A DNA stretch of 61,427 bases, filler included. It is 7 parts of 7 records of this genome, joined end to end, with 100 filler letters (N's around TTAATTAATTAA, not from the genome) between each part and the next. Parts side by side here need not be neighbours in the genome. Positions count along the whole stretch, not along the records: positions 30,366 to 38,431 come from SRR31156797_54757; positions 38,532 to 45,142 come from SRR31156797_54792; positions 45,243 to 54,883 come from SRR31156797_54883; 4 more parts are not named here. One strand, written 5' to 3'. The notes below the pieces were generated by a model. That model was given only the letters and a program-made list of their open reading frames with translations. It ran no database searches and was not told the DNA's origin. Shown one piece after another: positions 37,067 through 46,750 of this stretch (positions within the stretch are counted from its first letter, which is position 1; every line of letters starts with the position of its first letter). Position numbers and translations under genes: made by a program.

Positions 37067-37374
37067 GCCATCACCATCACGACCACGACCACGGCCATCA
37101 CGATCACCATCACGGACACGACCACGACCACGGACACGACCATGGACATGGACACGACAGCCCCCAGGAGCTCTCCTTCAACGAGAAGCTGACCATCCTG
37201 CTGCAGCACTGGATCGACCACAACAAAAGCCACCAGGAAACCTATGACTCCTGGGCCGGCAAGGCGGCCGGCGAGGACCTGCCACAGATGGCGGAGATCC
37301 TCAAAGAGATCTCCGATGATTCCAACAAAATAACCGAAAAGCTTGAGAAGGCCCTTGGGATAATCAAGGGATAA
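37063..37374 (+). CDS. His-rich CooJ-like nickel-binding protein
   Basis: 18 His in the first ~31 aa, then HWIDHNKSH matching the H(W/F)x2Hx3H motif, then a coiled coil. Confidence 0.8.
   Translation: MSHHHHDHDHGHHDHHHGHDHDHGHDHGHGHDSPQELSFNEKLTILLQHWIDHNKSHQETYDSWAGKAAGEDLPQMAEILKEISDDSNKITEKLEKALGIIKG
37069..37158 (+). repeat. Low-complexity CAY/GAC/GGA codon repeat (His-Asp-Gly tract)
   Basis: Repeated CACGAC/CATCAC/CACGGA units. Confidence 0.8.
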
Positions 37375-38431
37375 GTACCTGCTCCACCCTTTCCAGGACC
37401 CAGTCGATCTCGGCCCGGGTGATCACCAGGGGGGGCGCAAACCGAATCACATGCTCATGGGTCTCCTTGCACAGGATGCCGAGGCCCATGAGCCTTTCGC
37501 AAAAGGCCCTTGCACCGCCCGCCTCGGCCTTCAGCTCAACACCAATGAGAAGCCCCTTGCCCCGGACCTCCTTTACATGGGGGCTCTTGATCCGCTCCAG
37601 CCCTTTCATGAAATAGTCTCCCAGAACGGCGGCATTCTCCACAAGGTTCTCTTCCACAAGCACCATGAGGGCCTCCCGGGCAATGGCACAGGCAAGGGGA
37701 TTTCCCCCAAAAGTGGACCCGTGATCCCCGGGCAGGAACACGCCCAGGACCTCGGCGTTGGAGAGCACCGCAGACACGGGATAGCAGCCCCCGGAAAGGG
37801 CCTTGCCGATGAGGGTGACGTCGGCCTCGATGCCTTCGTGCTCCTCGGCCAGAAGCCGGCCGGTTCTTCCGAGCCCGGTCTGAATCTCGTCAAGCACCAG
37901 CACCACATTGTTTTCGGAGCAGATTTCCCGGACCCACTTGAGGTAGCCCTTGGGCGGCACGATGACACCGGCCTCCCCCTGGATGGGCTCCACCATGAAA
38001 GCGACGGTATTTTCCGTAATGGCCTGCTTCAGGGCTTCGGCATCGCCAAAGGGAACGGTCTTGAAGCCGGGGGTGAACGGCCCGAACCCCTGCTTGTACT
38101 GCTCTTCCGTTGAAAAACCGATGATGGTGAGGGTCCTGCCGTGGAAATTGTTGTCACACACGATGATCTCGGCCCTGCCGTCGGCCACCCCCTTGACCGT
38201 GTACCCCCATTTCCTCACCGCCTTGATAACGGTCTCCACGGCTTCCGCGCCGGAGTTCATGGGCAGCACCATGTGGGAATTGGTAAGCTCGCAGATATCC
38301 CGGTAAAACAGGGAAAGCTGATCGTTTCGAAACGCCCGGGAGGTGATGCAGAGTTTCTCGGCCTGCTCCTTGAGCCTGTTCACGATCCTGGGATGGCAAT
38401 GGCCCTGGTTGACGGCGGAGTACGCGGCCAG
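37364..38431 (-). CDS. rocD: Ornithine aminotransferase (5'-partial)
   Basis: [69 protein letters not shown]. Confidence 0.95.
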   Translation of the reverse strand: MAAYSAVNQGHCHPRIVNRLKEQAEKLCITSRAFRNDQLSLFYRDICELTNSHMVLPMNSGAEAVETVIKAVRKWGYTVKGVADGRAEIIVCDNNFHGRTLTIIGFSTEEQYKQGFGPFTPGFKTVPFGDAEALKQAITENTVAFMVEPIQGEAGVIVPPKGYLKWVREICSENNVVLVLDEIQTGLGRTGRLLAEEHEGIEADVTLIGKALSGGCYPVSAVLSNAEVLGVFLPGDHGSTFGGNPLACAIAREALMVLVEENLVENAAVLGDYFMKGLERIKSPHVKEVRGKGLLIGVELKAEAGGARAFCERLMGLGILCKETHEHVIRFAPPLVITRAEIDWVLERVEQVLIP

Positions 38432-38531
38432 NNNNNNNNNNNNNNNNNNNNNNNNNNNNNNNNNNNNNNNNNNNNTTAATTAATTAANNNNNNNNNNNNN
38501 NNNNNNNNNNNNNNNNNNNNNNNNNNNNNNN
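38432..38531. other. Artificial contig linker
   Basis: N/TTAATTAATTAA/N spacer. Confidence 0.99.
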
Positions 38532-39152
38532 TATATTGAATCGATTGGTGACAAAAGCCGACCAGGCTTCTATCAGGTTCTCCGCGGAAGCCGCTGTGGC
38601 TTTGCCGATATCCATATCTGACGATCCGCCGGGTTTAAGGGTTACTCCGTCCATGCCTGCATGAAGGACTTCCACGGCATCCATAATAAGCGATTTGCGC
38701 GTATAAGCGATCATTGCGGCCGCGGGATAATCTCGCCTGGCCGATTCATAGTTGTCCAATCCATAATTGATATTCTGGCCGGCCGTTCTGGAGGCCTTGA
38801 AAAACAACCTGCGCCAGCCGTCTGTAAGATCAAAAAGCCGTTTAAGGTATTCGTTTGTTATATCGCCGGAAAATGATTCCAGTCCATTATATACCGATTC
38901 CAGTGTTCTTATTGAATTTACATCGTTTTCAAGTTCTTTAAGTGACGGTATTCTGTGTTCGACAGCATTATCGCGCCCATAAAGGTCCAGCAAAAACAGG
39001 CAGGGGTAGCGGTCGCCAAGTTTATTTCTTACGTCTTCATAGGTAGAGCCGAAAATAAAATCTATATCCGTAATATTCGCCGCTATATTATCGGCGAACA
39101 AGTTAAGTTCAAATTGTGAATCATCTATAAAGCAGAAAATTGGCGCAGCCAT
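38532..39152 (-). CDS. Atypical response-regulator receiver protein with an internal insertion (3'-partial)
   Basis: FIDD, LFLLDLY, IAYT and AG.DG...KP receiver landmarks, with about 70 extra residues after the phospho-Asp. Confidence 0.7.
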
Positions 39153-39187
39153 GAATTCTCCTGTTTTTAACATACTGGTTCAACATC

Positions 39188-40666
39188 TCATTTTTCCAAT
39201 ATGGGAAGCTGTATCGTAAAGGAACTTCCCTGGCCGACCAGGCTCGATACTGTAATCGTCCCCAAATGGGCTTCTACAATACCCTTGACAATAGGAAGAC
39301 CAAGGCCCGTTCCCGCAATACTCCTGGTTGCATCCGTTTTGACCCTGTAAAATTTGTCAAATATCCTGGCCAGATCTTCCTTACGGATGCCGTACCCCGT
39401 GTCGCTAATTGTTATTTTAACATAGTCGCCCGCAACATCGGAGACGATTTTTATGGTTCCGCCTTCCGGCGTATACTTTATAGCATTATTTATCAGATTT
39501 ATAAAAACCTCATCCATGTTTTGAGGATCGGCTGATATATCCGGCAGGGAATCGTGAATATTGCTTAACAAGGTCTGGCGCTTGCTCTCGGCCTGCGGCC
39601 TTAGAAAATCAACTGTTTGCCTGACTAAGGGCGCCAGGTCCAAAGGTCCCTGCTTGAAAATCATGCATCCTGATTCTATTTTGCTCAAATCAAGCAGTTC
39701 GTTTATAAGATTGATAAGTCCCTTTGTTCTTGTTTTGGCCCGGGAAAGATAATAGTCCTGTTTATCGTTTATATCGCCGGCAATGCCGGCCAGCAAAACG
39801 TCGATCTGCTGTTGAATAGCCGCAAGAGGAGCTTTCAACTCGTGAGAAACCATGGTGACGAATTCGGACTTCATTTTGTCCAGTTCCTTCAGGTGGGAAA
39901 TATCCTGAAGAACCGTCACCACGCCTAAAATATCTCCTTCCGCATCCCTCACCGGGGCGGCCCTGGCCCTGATATATGTTTCATCTCCTATTTCCAACTC
40001 CTGTTCAATGGCAGTATATTCGGTTTTCTTATCGTTAAAAAGGCGCCGGGCCATTTCTATCAGCTTTTCCTGAGGCGTTACCTCTTCCATGGGCCGCCCT
40101 ATGACGCTTTCCGCATCCATGCCCAGCATTCTTGGCGCTATTGGATTCATAAGGGCGATGTTGCGCTCATTGTCAGTCACCAGAATGCCGCAGGCCATTG
40201 AGTTAACAATAGTTCTGATCCTGCTTTGTTCATTGGCAATGTCTATTAGACTCCGCTCTTTTTCCTGGCGCAGCCTTTCCGCCTCCCAGGCAAGGTTAAG
40301 ATGATCCAGCGCCCTGTTAACGGCTATTTTAAGGGCGTCAGCGGAAAAGGGCTTTAAAAGAAGGTCATATGCTCCCGCCTTCATGGCTTCAACAGCTGTT
40401 TCAATAGTGGCGTGCCCGGTGATAACAACAATCAGAAGGTCGGACTGTTCGCGCTTTAGCACGTCCATTACTTCCATGCCGTCCAATACCGGCATTTTTA
40501 TATCCAAAAGAACTATATGGTATCGGTCCGACCTGATTTTGTCCAATGCATCCTGACCATTGCCTGCCGTCGTGATCGAATGCCCCATTTTTTGCAGGAT
40601 TCGCGTACAGCCGTCCCGTATTATTTGCTCGTCGTCAACTACCAGTATTCTTACGGGTTCATTCAC
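39188..40666 (-). CDS. Receiver-PAS-histidine kinase hybrid
   Basis: ILVVDDE, LDIKMP, ITGH, KPF; PAS; SHELKAPL, NLINNAIKY, DTGYGI, GTGLGL. Confidence 0.95.
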   Translation of the reverse strand: MNEPVRILVVDDEQIIRDGCTRILQKMGHSITTAGNGQDALDKIRSDRYHIVLLDIKMPVLDGMEVMDVLKREQSDLLIVVITGHATIETAVEAMKAGAYDLLLKPFSADALKIAVNRALDHLNLAWEAERLRQEKERSLIDIANEQSRIRTIVNSMACGILVTDNERNIALMNPIAPRMLGMDAESVIGRPMEEVTPQEKLIEMARRLFNDKKTEYTAIEQELEIGDETYIRARAAPVRDAEGDILGVVTVLQDISHLKELDKMKSEFVTMVSHELKAPLAAIQQQIDVLLAGIAGDINDKQDYYLSRAKTRTKGLINLINELLDLSKIESGCMIFKQGPLDLAPLVRQTVDFLRPQAESKRQTLLSNIHDSLPDISADPQNMDEVFINLINNAIKYTPEGGTIKIVSDVAGDYVKITISDTGYGIRKEDLARIFDKFYRVKTDATRSIAGTGLGLPIVKGIVEAHLGTITVSSLVGQGSSFTIQLPILEK

Positions 40667-40677
40667 TCCTTCAACCT

Positions 40678-42996
40678 CTATGAATCCTGCTCGGGGCCGA
40701 CCATGGGCAAACAGACCGTAAAAATTGTTCCCGATCCCGCTTCACTTTCCACTTCGATTCTTCCATTATGACTTTTTACTATGCCATAACTGGTGGAAAG
40801 CCCTAAACCAACTCCTTCGCCTACTGGTTTGGTCGTAAAGAAAGGCTCAAAAAGACGAGGAATTATATGGGGTTCGATCCCATGGCCCGTGTCGATGAAG
40901 CTGACCCGGACTTCTTCCTCCTCCTTTTTAACCTCGGTGCGCACTGTTAACACGCCATGGCCGTTCATGGCGTCCACCGCGTTTATGATCAGGTTGGTGA
41001 AAACCTGGTTCAATTGGCGGGCGTCCCCCAATATCTGCGGCAGGTCGACAGCCAATTCCCAAATAACTTTAATATTCTGAAACAAAGCCTGATTGGCGAA
41101 AAGAGCAATGCCCTGTTCCACTGTACGGTTTAGATCTATAAATGCGTAATTGGCGCCCGTCATTCGGCCAAAGTCAAGCAGACCCTTGACTATATCCTTG
41201 CATTTTAAGGTCTGCTCGCGGATTTGAAGAAGGTCTTTTCGATTGGGATGGTCGGTCTGAATTTCTTCCAATACAATTTCACAAAACATCAAAATGCCGC
41301 CAAGAGGATTATTGATTTCATGGGCCACGGAAGTGGCCAGCTTTCCTAATGAAGCCATTTTTTCGGAATGCATGACCTGTATTCGGGCCTCCTCAAGTTC
41401 CGCCTTCTTTTGCCTTAATTCTTCCTCGACCCGCTTACTTTCCGAAATATCCTTGCTTATGCCCACTGTTCCGATTACACGGTCGTGAATGTCTCTCAAT
41501 TGCGATAGGGTTAAATCAATGTCCACAATCTTGCCGTCTTTGGCTAATAGCTGGGTTTCATAATTCACGGATGACTCTTCATCATCCAGGTACATGGCCA
41601 TGGCCTGTCTCTCGCCGGGTTCAAGGTAAAAATCCTCTATATGCCGTCCTAAAACCTCATCTCTTTGATATCCCAACATTATTTCCGCGCCGCGATTGAA
41701 AGACACGATCTTTTTGTCAAGATCCGTGGTGATAATCATGTCAGTTGTGTTTTCCACGATCGCATTTAAATAATCCTTTGTTTGCTTTAATTCCTCTTCG
41801 GCCTTTTTATGGGCGGTTATATCCTTGCTGATTCCGACCGTGCCCATTGTCCGCCCGTCCTTGTCGGTCAAAAGGCTGAGAGTCAGGCTTATATCCACCA
41901 GCGATCCGTTTTTGTGGATAAGTTTTGTCTCATAGTTGCTTACCGCTCCGTCAAAATGATGCACTCTTCTCAATAACGACCGTCTTTCTTCAGGGTTTGG
42001 ATAGAGCATTTCCACACTTTTTCCAATCATTTCCCGGCTTGAATAGCCTAAAATCCTCTCGCCGCCCCTGTTGAATGACACCATATTGGCGTCAAGGTCA
42101 GTTGTTATTATCATGTCAAAGGCGTTTTGAACCACATTGTTCAAATAATCGCGGGTTTGCTTAAGTTCTTTTTCAATGGCCGCTCTTTCGCTTTGATCCG
42201 TAAAAACCCCGACCAGGGCGACTTGTTGATCCCATTCGTAAATGCTGGATAATGAAAAATTGACCGGAAATACTTCTCCCGACTTTTTCATCATTGATAT
42301 TTCCATCGGGCAAAACATGCCGGATTCCTCTTCCATCCGTCCATTCCCGATAATCATTTCCATAATGCGGTCGGCATCTGAAGCATCAAAAAAATCATAC
42401 AGGTTCTTGAAACCCGCTACTTCTCTTTCCGACCAGCCCAACATTCGGCCCGCAGCATTGTTAAAAAGAAGAATATTGCCCTTTGCGTCAAAAGATATAA
42501 TGCCGACAACCGAATTCAAAATTACATTTCTTAAAAACTGATTGCTTTTAAAAAACTCCTTCTCCCTGTTTTTGGAAAGCGAGACGTCGCTAAGGGTTAT
42601 GTAAATTTCACTATCTTTTTCAGGAGAAAAAAGCGTGATTTCCACATCCATCTCGCGATCGTGTACACGCAGGGCGGAAAGACAGGCATTAAACAACTGC
42701 CCCGGACATTCGACCGCTTGCGAACACATGAGTTTAAATGTATTTAAACTATCCTGGGGAAAGACTTCTTCAATGGGGATTGAGACGAGTTCTTCCTGGG
42801 AATACCCCCAAAGGGCGGCGGCTTTTTTACTGGAGAAAACCAATTGATTATTTTTATCCAAAATCAATAATCCATCGCCGCACAATTCCGCCGCAATTTC
42901 AAAACGATGCTTGAATTCCAAAGTTGTTGCTTCCTGCTTGCGGAGAGACTCGGAATCGTAATTGTGCTCGCTGCTGTTTTTCATTAGCATATACAC
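40678..42996 (-). CDS. Cytoplasmic multi-PAS histidine kinase (NtrB-like)
   Basis: Four PAS repeats (two closely similar DMIITTDLD...GISKDI units); SEKMASLG, AHEINNPL, NAVDA, FEPFFTTK, GVGLGL. Confidence 0.95.
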   Translation of the reverse strand: MYMLMKNSSEHNYDSESLRKQEATTLEFKHRFEIAAELCGDGLLILDKNNQLVFSSKKAAALWGYSQEELVSIPIEEVFPQDSLNTFKLMCSQAVECPGQLFNACLSALRVHDREMDVEITLFSPEKDSEIYITLSDVSLSKNREKEFFKSNQFLRNVILNSVVGIISFDAKGNILLFNNAAGRMLGWSEREVAGFKNLYDFFDASDADRIMEMIIGNGRMEEESGMFCPMEISMMKKSGEVFPVNFSLSSIYEWDQQVALVGVFTDQSERAAIEKELKQTRDYLNNVVQNAFDMIITTDLDANMVSFNRGGERILGYSSREMIGKSVEMLYPNPEERRSLLRRVHHFDGAVSNYETKLIHKNGSLVDISLTLSLLTDKDGRTMGTVGISKDITAHKKAEEELKQTKDYLNAIVENTTDMIITTDLDKKIVSFNRGAEIMLGYQRDEVLGRHIEDFYLEPGERQAMAMYLDDEESSVNYETQLLAKDGKIVDIDLTLSQLRDIHDRVIGTVGISKDISESKRVEEELRQKKAELEEARIQVMHSEKMASLGKLATSVAHEINNPLGGILMFCEIVLEEIQTDHPNRKDLLQIREQTLKCKDIVKGLLDFGRMTGANYAFIDLNRTVEQGIALFANQALFQNIKVIWELAVDLPQILGDARQLNQVFTNLIINAVDAMNGHGVLTVRTEVKKEEEEVRVSFIDTGHGIEPHIIPRLFEPFFTTKPVGEGVGLGLSTSYGIVKSHNGRIEVESEAGSGTIFTVCLPMVGPEQDS

Positions 42997-43467
42997 CCTT
43001 CAAAAAATGAATACCGTGACTGCCGGCGCCCAAACCCTTTGAGTTAAAAGGCTCCGCCTTTTTAACATAATAATTACCGGATGCTATATATTAATAGTCT
43101 AATGGTAAAGTCAAAGTTGTTCAATTCTTATATCCGCAATTGTATAATTATCCGGCTTCCTGCATTAATCATAAGAGAGTTAGCATGGAAATTGCTTCCA
43201 TTTTTATGAATTGGGACCCGCTAGGGTGCGAATATGGAACTGGAGGTCTGGAAATTGAATTTATCGTCTGTCCAGGATTGAGGATTTGTTTTCAAGCTCG
43301 ACATTTATCCGCGGGGCGGAAAGAAATTGAGACAACGAGCCGCTTGTGGACAGACGCTATATAGGCTGTGATCATTGTAACTGAGCTCGTAATCTCTTGT
43401 TTTATGGGTGAGATATTAATATCATGTCGACGCTGAGTTGAAACGGTTTCCATTACAGGAGCTATTA

Positions 43468-44136
43468 ATGCCGGAATTTCTTAAATCATGGTTCAGAACA
43501 AAAGGCGTCATCTGGGCGGCCCGCCTGCTTACCTTTCTTTCTAAAATGGTGAAGCAAAAGGTCGTGGGATTCGAACGCGTTTCTCAATATAATAATGTGA
43601 CCTATGCCCACTGGCATGGAGATGAACTGGCCTTACTGCCCCGCTTCGGCCACCTGGGAACGACTATACTGGTAAGTCATTCAAAAGACGGCGAAATGAT
43701 GGCTAATGCCGCCGAATACCTGGGGTACAATGTTACCAGGGGGTCGTCCACAAGAGGAGCGGTCGGAGGTTTGGTCGCGCTGATTAAAGCTGTTAAAGCC
43801 GGACACAGCGCTGTCCTGGCGGTTGACGGGCCTCAAGGTCCGCGCGGAATTTGCAAACCCGGCATAATCAGGATCTCACAGAAAACAAACACTCCCCTTT
43901 TTCCGGTCGGAGTTGCGGTTTCCAGGAAATTCGTTTTTAAAAAAACATGGAATCAAGCTTACCTGCCTTTGCCTTTCGCCCGCCAGGCGGTTGTTTTCAG
44001 AGACCCCCTGGTTTTCGAAAAAAGCAATTCAAATGAAGACATGGAACGGTTCTGCCGTAAAGTTGAAGAGGAATTAAACCAGGCCCGATTAGACGCGGAA
44101 TCGGTTCTTCAAAATTGGAAGATTGAAAACCTGTGA
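43468..44136 (+). CDS. DUF374 / lysophospholipid acyltransferase family protein
   Basis: HWHG, VSHSKDGE, RGSSTRG, VDGPQGP and W....LPLPF motifs; SD AGGAG. Confidence 0.9.
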   Translation: MPEFLKSWFRTKGVIWAARLLTFLSKMVKQKVVGFERVSQYNNVTYAHWHGDELALLPRFGHLGTTILVSHSKDGEMMANAAEYLGYNVTRGSSTRGAVGGLVALIKAVKAGHSAVLAVDGPQGPRGICKPGIIRISQKTNTPLFPVGVAVSRKFVFKKTWNQAYLPLPFARQAVVFRDPLVFEKSNSNEDMERFCRKVEEELNQARLDAESVLQNWKIENL

Positions 44137-44167
44137 TAAAAAGCCGGTATGCTGTAAGGTATGAATT

Positions 44168-44899
44168 ATGAAGATAATAGCCTTTAAATTAATGGTTGTC
44201 GCTTTTTTGACCATGGCCGTATTCATCTCACCAGCCCTGTGTTTTCAGGAAGCGGACCTTGAAGATCTCGAGGAAGCCGGGCTTTCGGAAAACACAGTTC
44301 AAATTCTGCTCGAACTGCAAAGCGACAAATCCCGGCGAAGGCCCGCCATTACAACCAACGAAGTGTTGGGACTGCTTAAGGACGGATTTGATGAAAAGCA
44401 TGTCCGGCAGTTCATAGAACTGGATAAAGCCACAGCACAAAACGAAAAACTGCCTATCACCCCGGCCCAGGCCAGGGAACTGGTCAAGGCCGATGTCAGT
44501 TTCAAAACCGTGAGCATGATGTTGAAGGCGGAAATTGATAGAAGAATAAACGCCCGGGAAAAAAACGACGCGCCCCAGGGAACGGATTATTTCGACCCTT
44601 ACGCGAACAAGAAAAAAAATGAAGGGTCCAGGAAATATTCCGCTGGAGAAAATGACGAGATGAAACTGGAAAGGGAAGTGGTGTTTACTCCTGAAGGAAG
44701 AAAAATAATCAAGCACCAGTCAGGATATACAGGCGACCTTCAAAGGCGGAAAACAACCAAGCCGGATGGGCACAAAGTTATCATCTACAGTAACAGGGGG
44801 CCTGAAGATACAAATGAAACCAATCGAAAGAGGCAGGAGGAGGAATTCAGGCGGGCCTGGCTTCTGTTAAGGGAAATTCAGCTTAATGTTTACCGGTAA
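44168..44899 (+). CDS. Hypothetical secreted protein
   Basis: Signal peptide, 243-aa ORF with short helical repeats. Confidence 0.7.
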   Translation: MKIIAFKLMVVAFLTMAVFISPALCFQEADLEDLEEAGLSENTVQILLELQSDKSRRRPAITTNEVLGLLKDGFDEKHVRQFIELDKATAQNEKLPITPAQARELVKADVSFKTVSMMLKAEIDRRINAREKNDAPQGTDYFDPYANKKKNEGSRKYSAGENDEMKLEREVVFTPEGRKIIKHQSGYTGDLQRRKTTKPDGHKVIIYSNRGPEDTNETNRKRQEEEFRRAWLLLREIQLNVYR

Positions 44900-44910
44900 C
44901 GGCCTGGCCT

Positions 44911-45142
44911 TCAACTTCTATCCATATAAACCTGATTTCTGCCGGACTGTTTCGCCCTGTACAAGGCTTCGTCCGCGGCAGTCAACAGGTTCACCTTATC
45001 CTTATCTTCACTGGGAATAGTGGCCGCCGCGCCCAGGCTGACGGTCAATACGTCCGCAACTCCCTTTGAATGAGGAATCTTTAAATCCATCACTTCGGAT
45101 CTGATTTTTTCCGCCATCATGCCGACGTCGTTGACTCCAGTT
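44911..45142 (-). CDS. GGDEF domain C-terminus (5'-partial)
   Basis: AEKIR, LTVSLG and ADEALYRAKQSGRN motifs. Confidence 0.9.
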
Positions 45143-45242
45143 NNNNNNNNNNNNNNNNNNNNNNNNNNNNNNNNNNNNNNNNNNNNTTAATTAATTAANN
45201 NNNNNNNNNNNNNNNNNNNNNNNNNNNNNNNNNNNNNNNNNN
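45143..45242. other. Artificial contig linker
   Basis: N/TTAATTAATTAA/N spacer. Confidence 0.99.
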
Positions 45243-46684
45243 AATTGAAAATAAATAAATTCATAACCCGATTCAAAGTCACCAAATAGAAATATGGTTG
45301 CAACCACAAGGCAGTAAAAAGCCCATCTGGCAGGTTTTAAGATCGACGGAGCATGGTTGAACTGCAAACCGTGTTGCTTTTTTCTTTGCAACCATTCGAT
45401 CAAAACGAGTACAACAATAAGACTCAATAATTCTATAGGAAAAACTGTAGGCACCTCAAAAAGGCTTAAACTAAAAATACCTTTAAAATATTGGAGAGCA
45501 TGCTTAATACTTTCAGCTCTGAAAAAGATCCAGGCCAAAGTAGTAAGTATAAAAGTAATCAGAATCTGTATAAACTCGAAAATAGATGGAAAGATTGACT
45601 TACCAGCTACTTGATCCACATATTTTCGATTTCGTTTTAACAACAAAAGTGGAAGAAAGTAAATGGCATTAACAAAACCCCACATTACAAAGGTCCAGTT
45701 GGCACCATGCCAAAAACCACTAACCAGAAAGATGATAAAGGTGTTTCTGATTTTATTCCCAGTTGTACCTTTGCTCCCTCCCAATGGAATATAAATATAA
45801 TCACGAAACCAGGTTGAAAGTGATATGTGCCATCTTCTCCAGAATTCTGCAATATCACGTGCAAAGTAAGGATAAGCAAAATTTTGCATTAGGTTAAATC
45901 CAAATAAGCGTGCAGTACCAATAGCAATGTCGGAATAACCCGAGAAATCGCCATAGATTTGAAACGCGAATAATATGGCTCCTAAAAAAAGGGTACTTCC
46001 GGAATGGTCAGCTGAATTGGCAAAAATGTCATTAACAACAGTAGCGCAGTTGTCAGCGATCACTATTTTTTTGAAAAGACCCCAAAGTATCTGGCGCAGT
46101 CCGTCAACTGCTTTGTGGTAGTCAAAAATTCGTGCTTTTTCGAACTGGGGTATCAGGTTTGTTGCCCGTTCGATTGGTCCGGCAACTAGTTGGGGAAAAA
46201 AGCTTACAAAGGCACCAAAAGCCATAAGATCGTTTGTAGGCTTCAGCTTTTTTTTGTACACATCAATCGAGTAACTAAGAGTTTGAAAGGTGTAAAAACT
46301 AATTCCAACCGGGAGTATAATGTTTAATCGGGAAGGCTCAAATTTTGTGCCTAACAGGGAAAATACTTCAGCAAAACTATCGGCGAAAAAATTGAAATAT
46401 TTGAAAAAGGCCAGAAACCCAATATTGACACCGATGCTGGTTAAAAGTAGAACTTTTCGTCTTGTTTTCTTCTCTGTCTTTTCGAGTTGGATACCAACTA
46501 TAAAGTCGATGAATGTACTAAAAGCGATCAACGATAAAAATCGCCAATCCCACCAGCCATAAAAAAAATAGCTGGTAAGCAATAAAAACCCATTCTGTAA
46601 TTTTAAGTTTTTATAGCAAACAAACCAATACAGAATAAAAACGATCGGTAAAAATATTGCGAAATCGAATGAGTTAAAAAGCAT
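45243..46684 (-). CDS. MBOAT O-acyltransferase (AlgI/PatA/DltB-like), last codons cut off
   Basis: MLFNS, FKYFNFF, LPVGISFYTFQ, FFPQLVAGPIER, DFSGYSD, FWRRWHISLS, WHGA, FIYFQ. Confidence 0.95.
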
Positions 46685-46750
46685 GAATTAAGGTTTGAAT
46701 CCTTTCGGTCGGTAAAAATAGCAAGAAAAATCAGGAATCAAACTACAGCT

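Noticed and set aside
37069-37158. Short tandem repeats as a CRISPR array or contingency locus
   Set aside because: Degenerate codon-level repeats encoding a His/Asp/Gly tract; no spacers or cas genes
43140-43364. 74-aa ORF or structured RNA in the long intergenic region
   Set aside because: No protein motif, convincing SD or recognisable RNA structure
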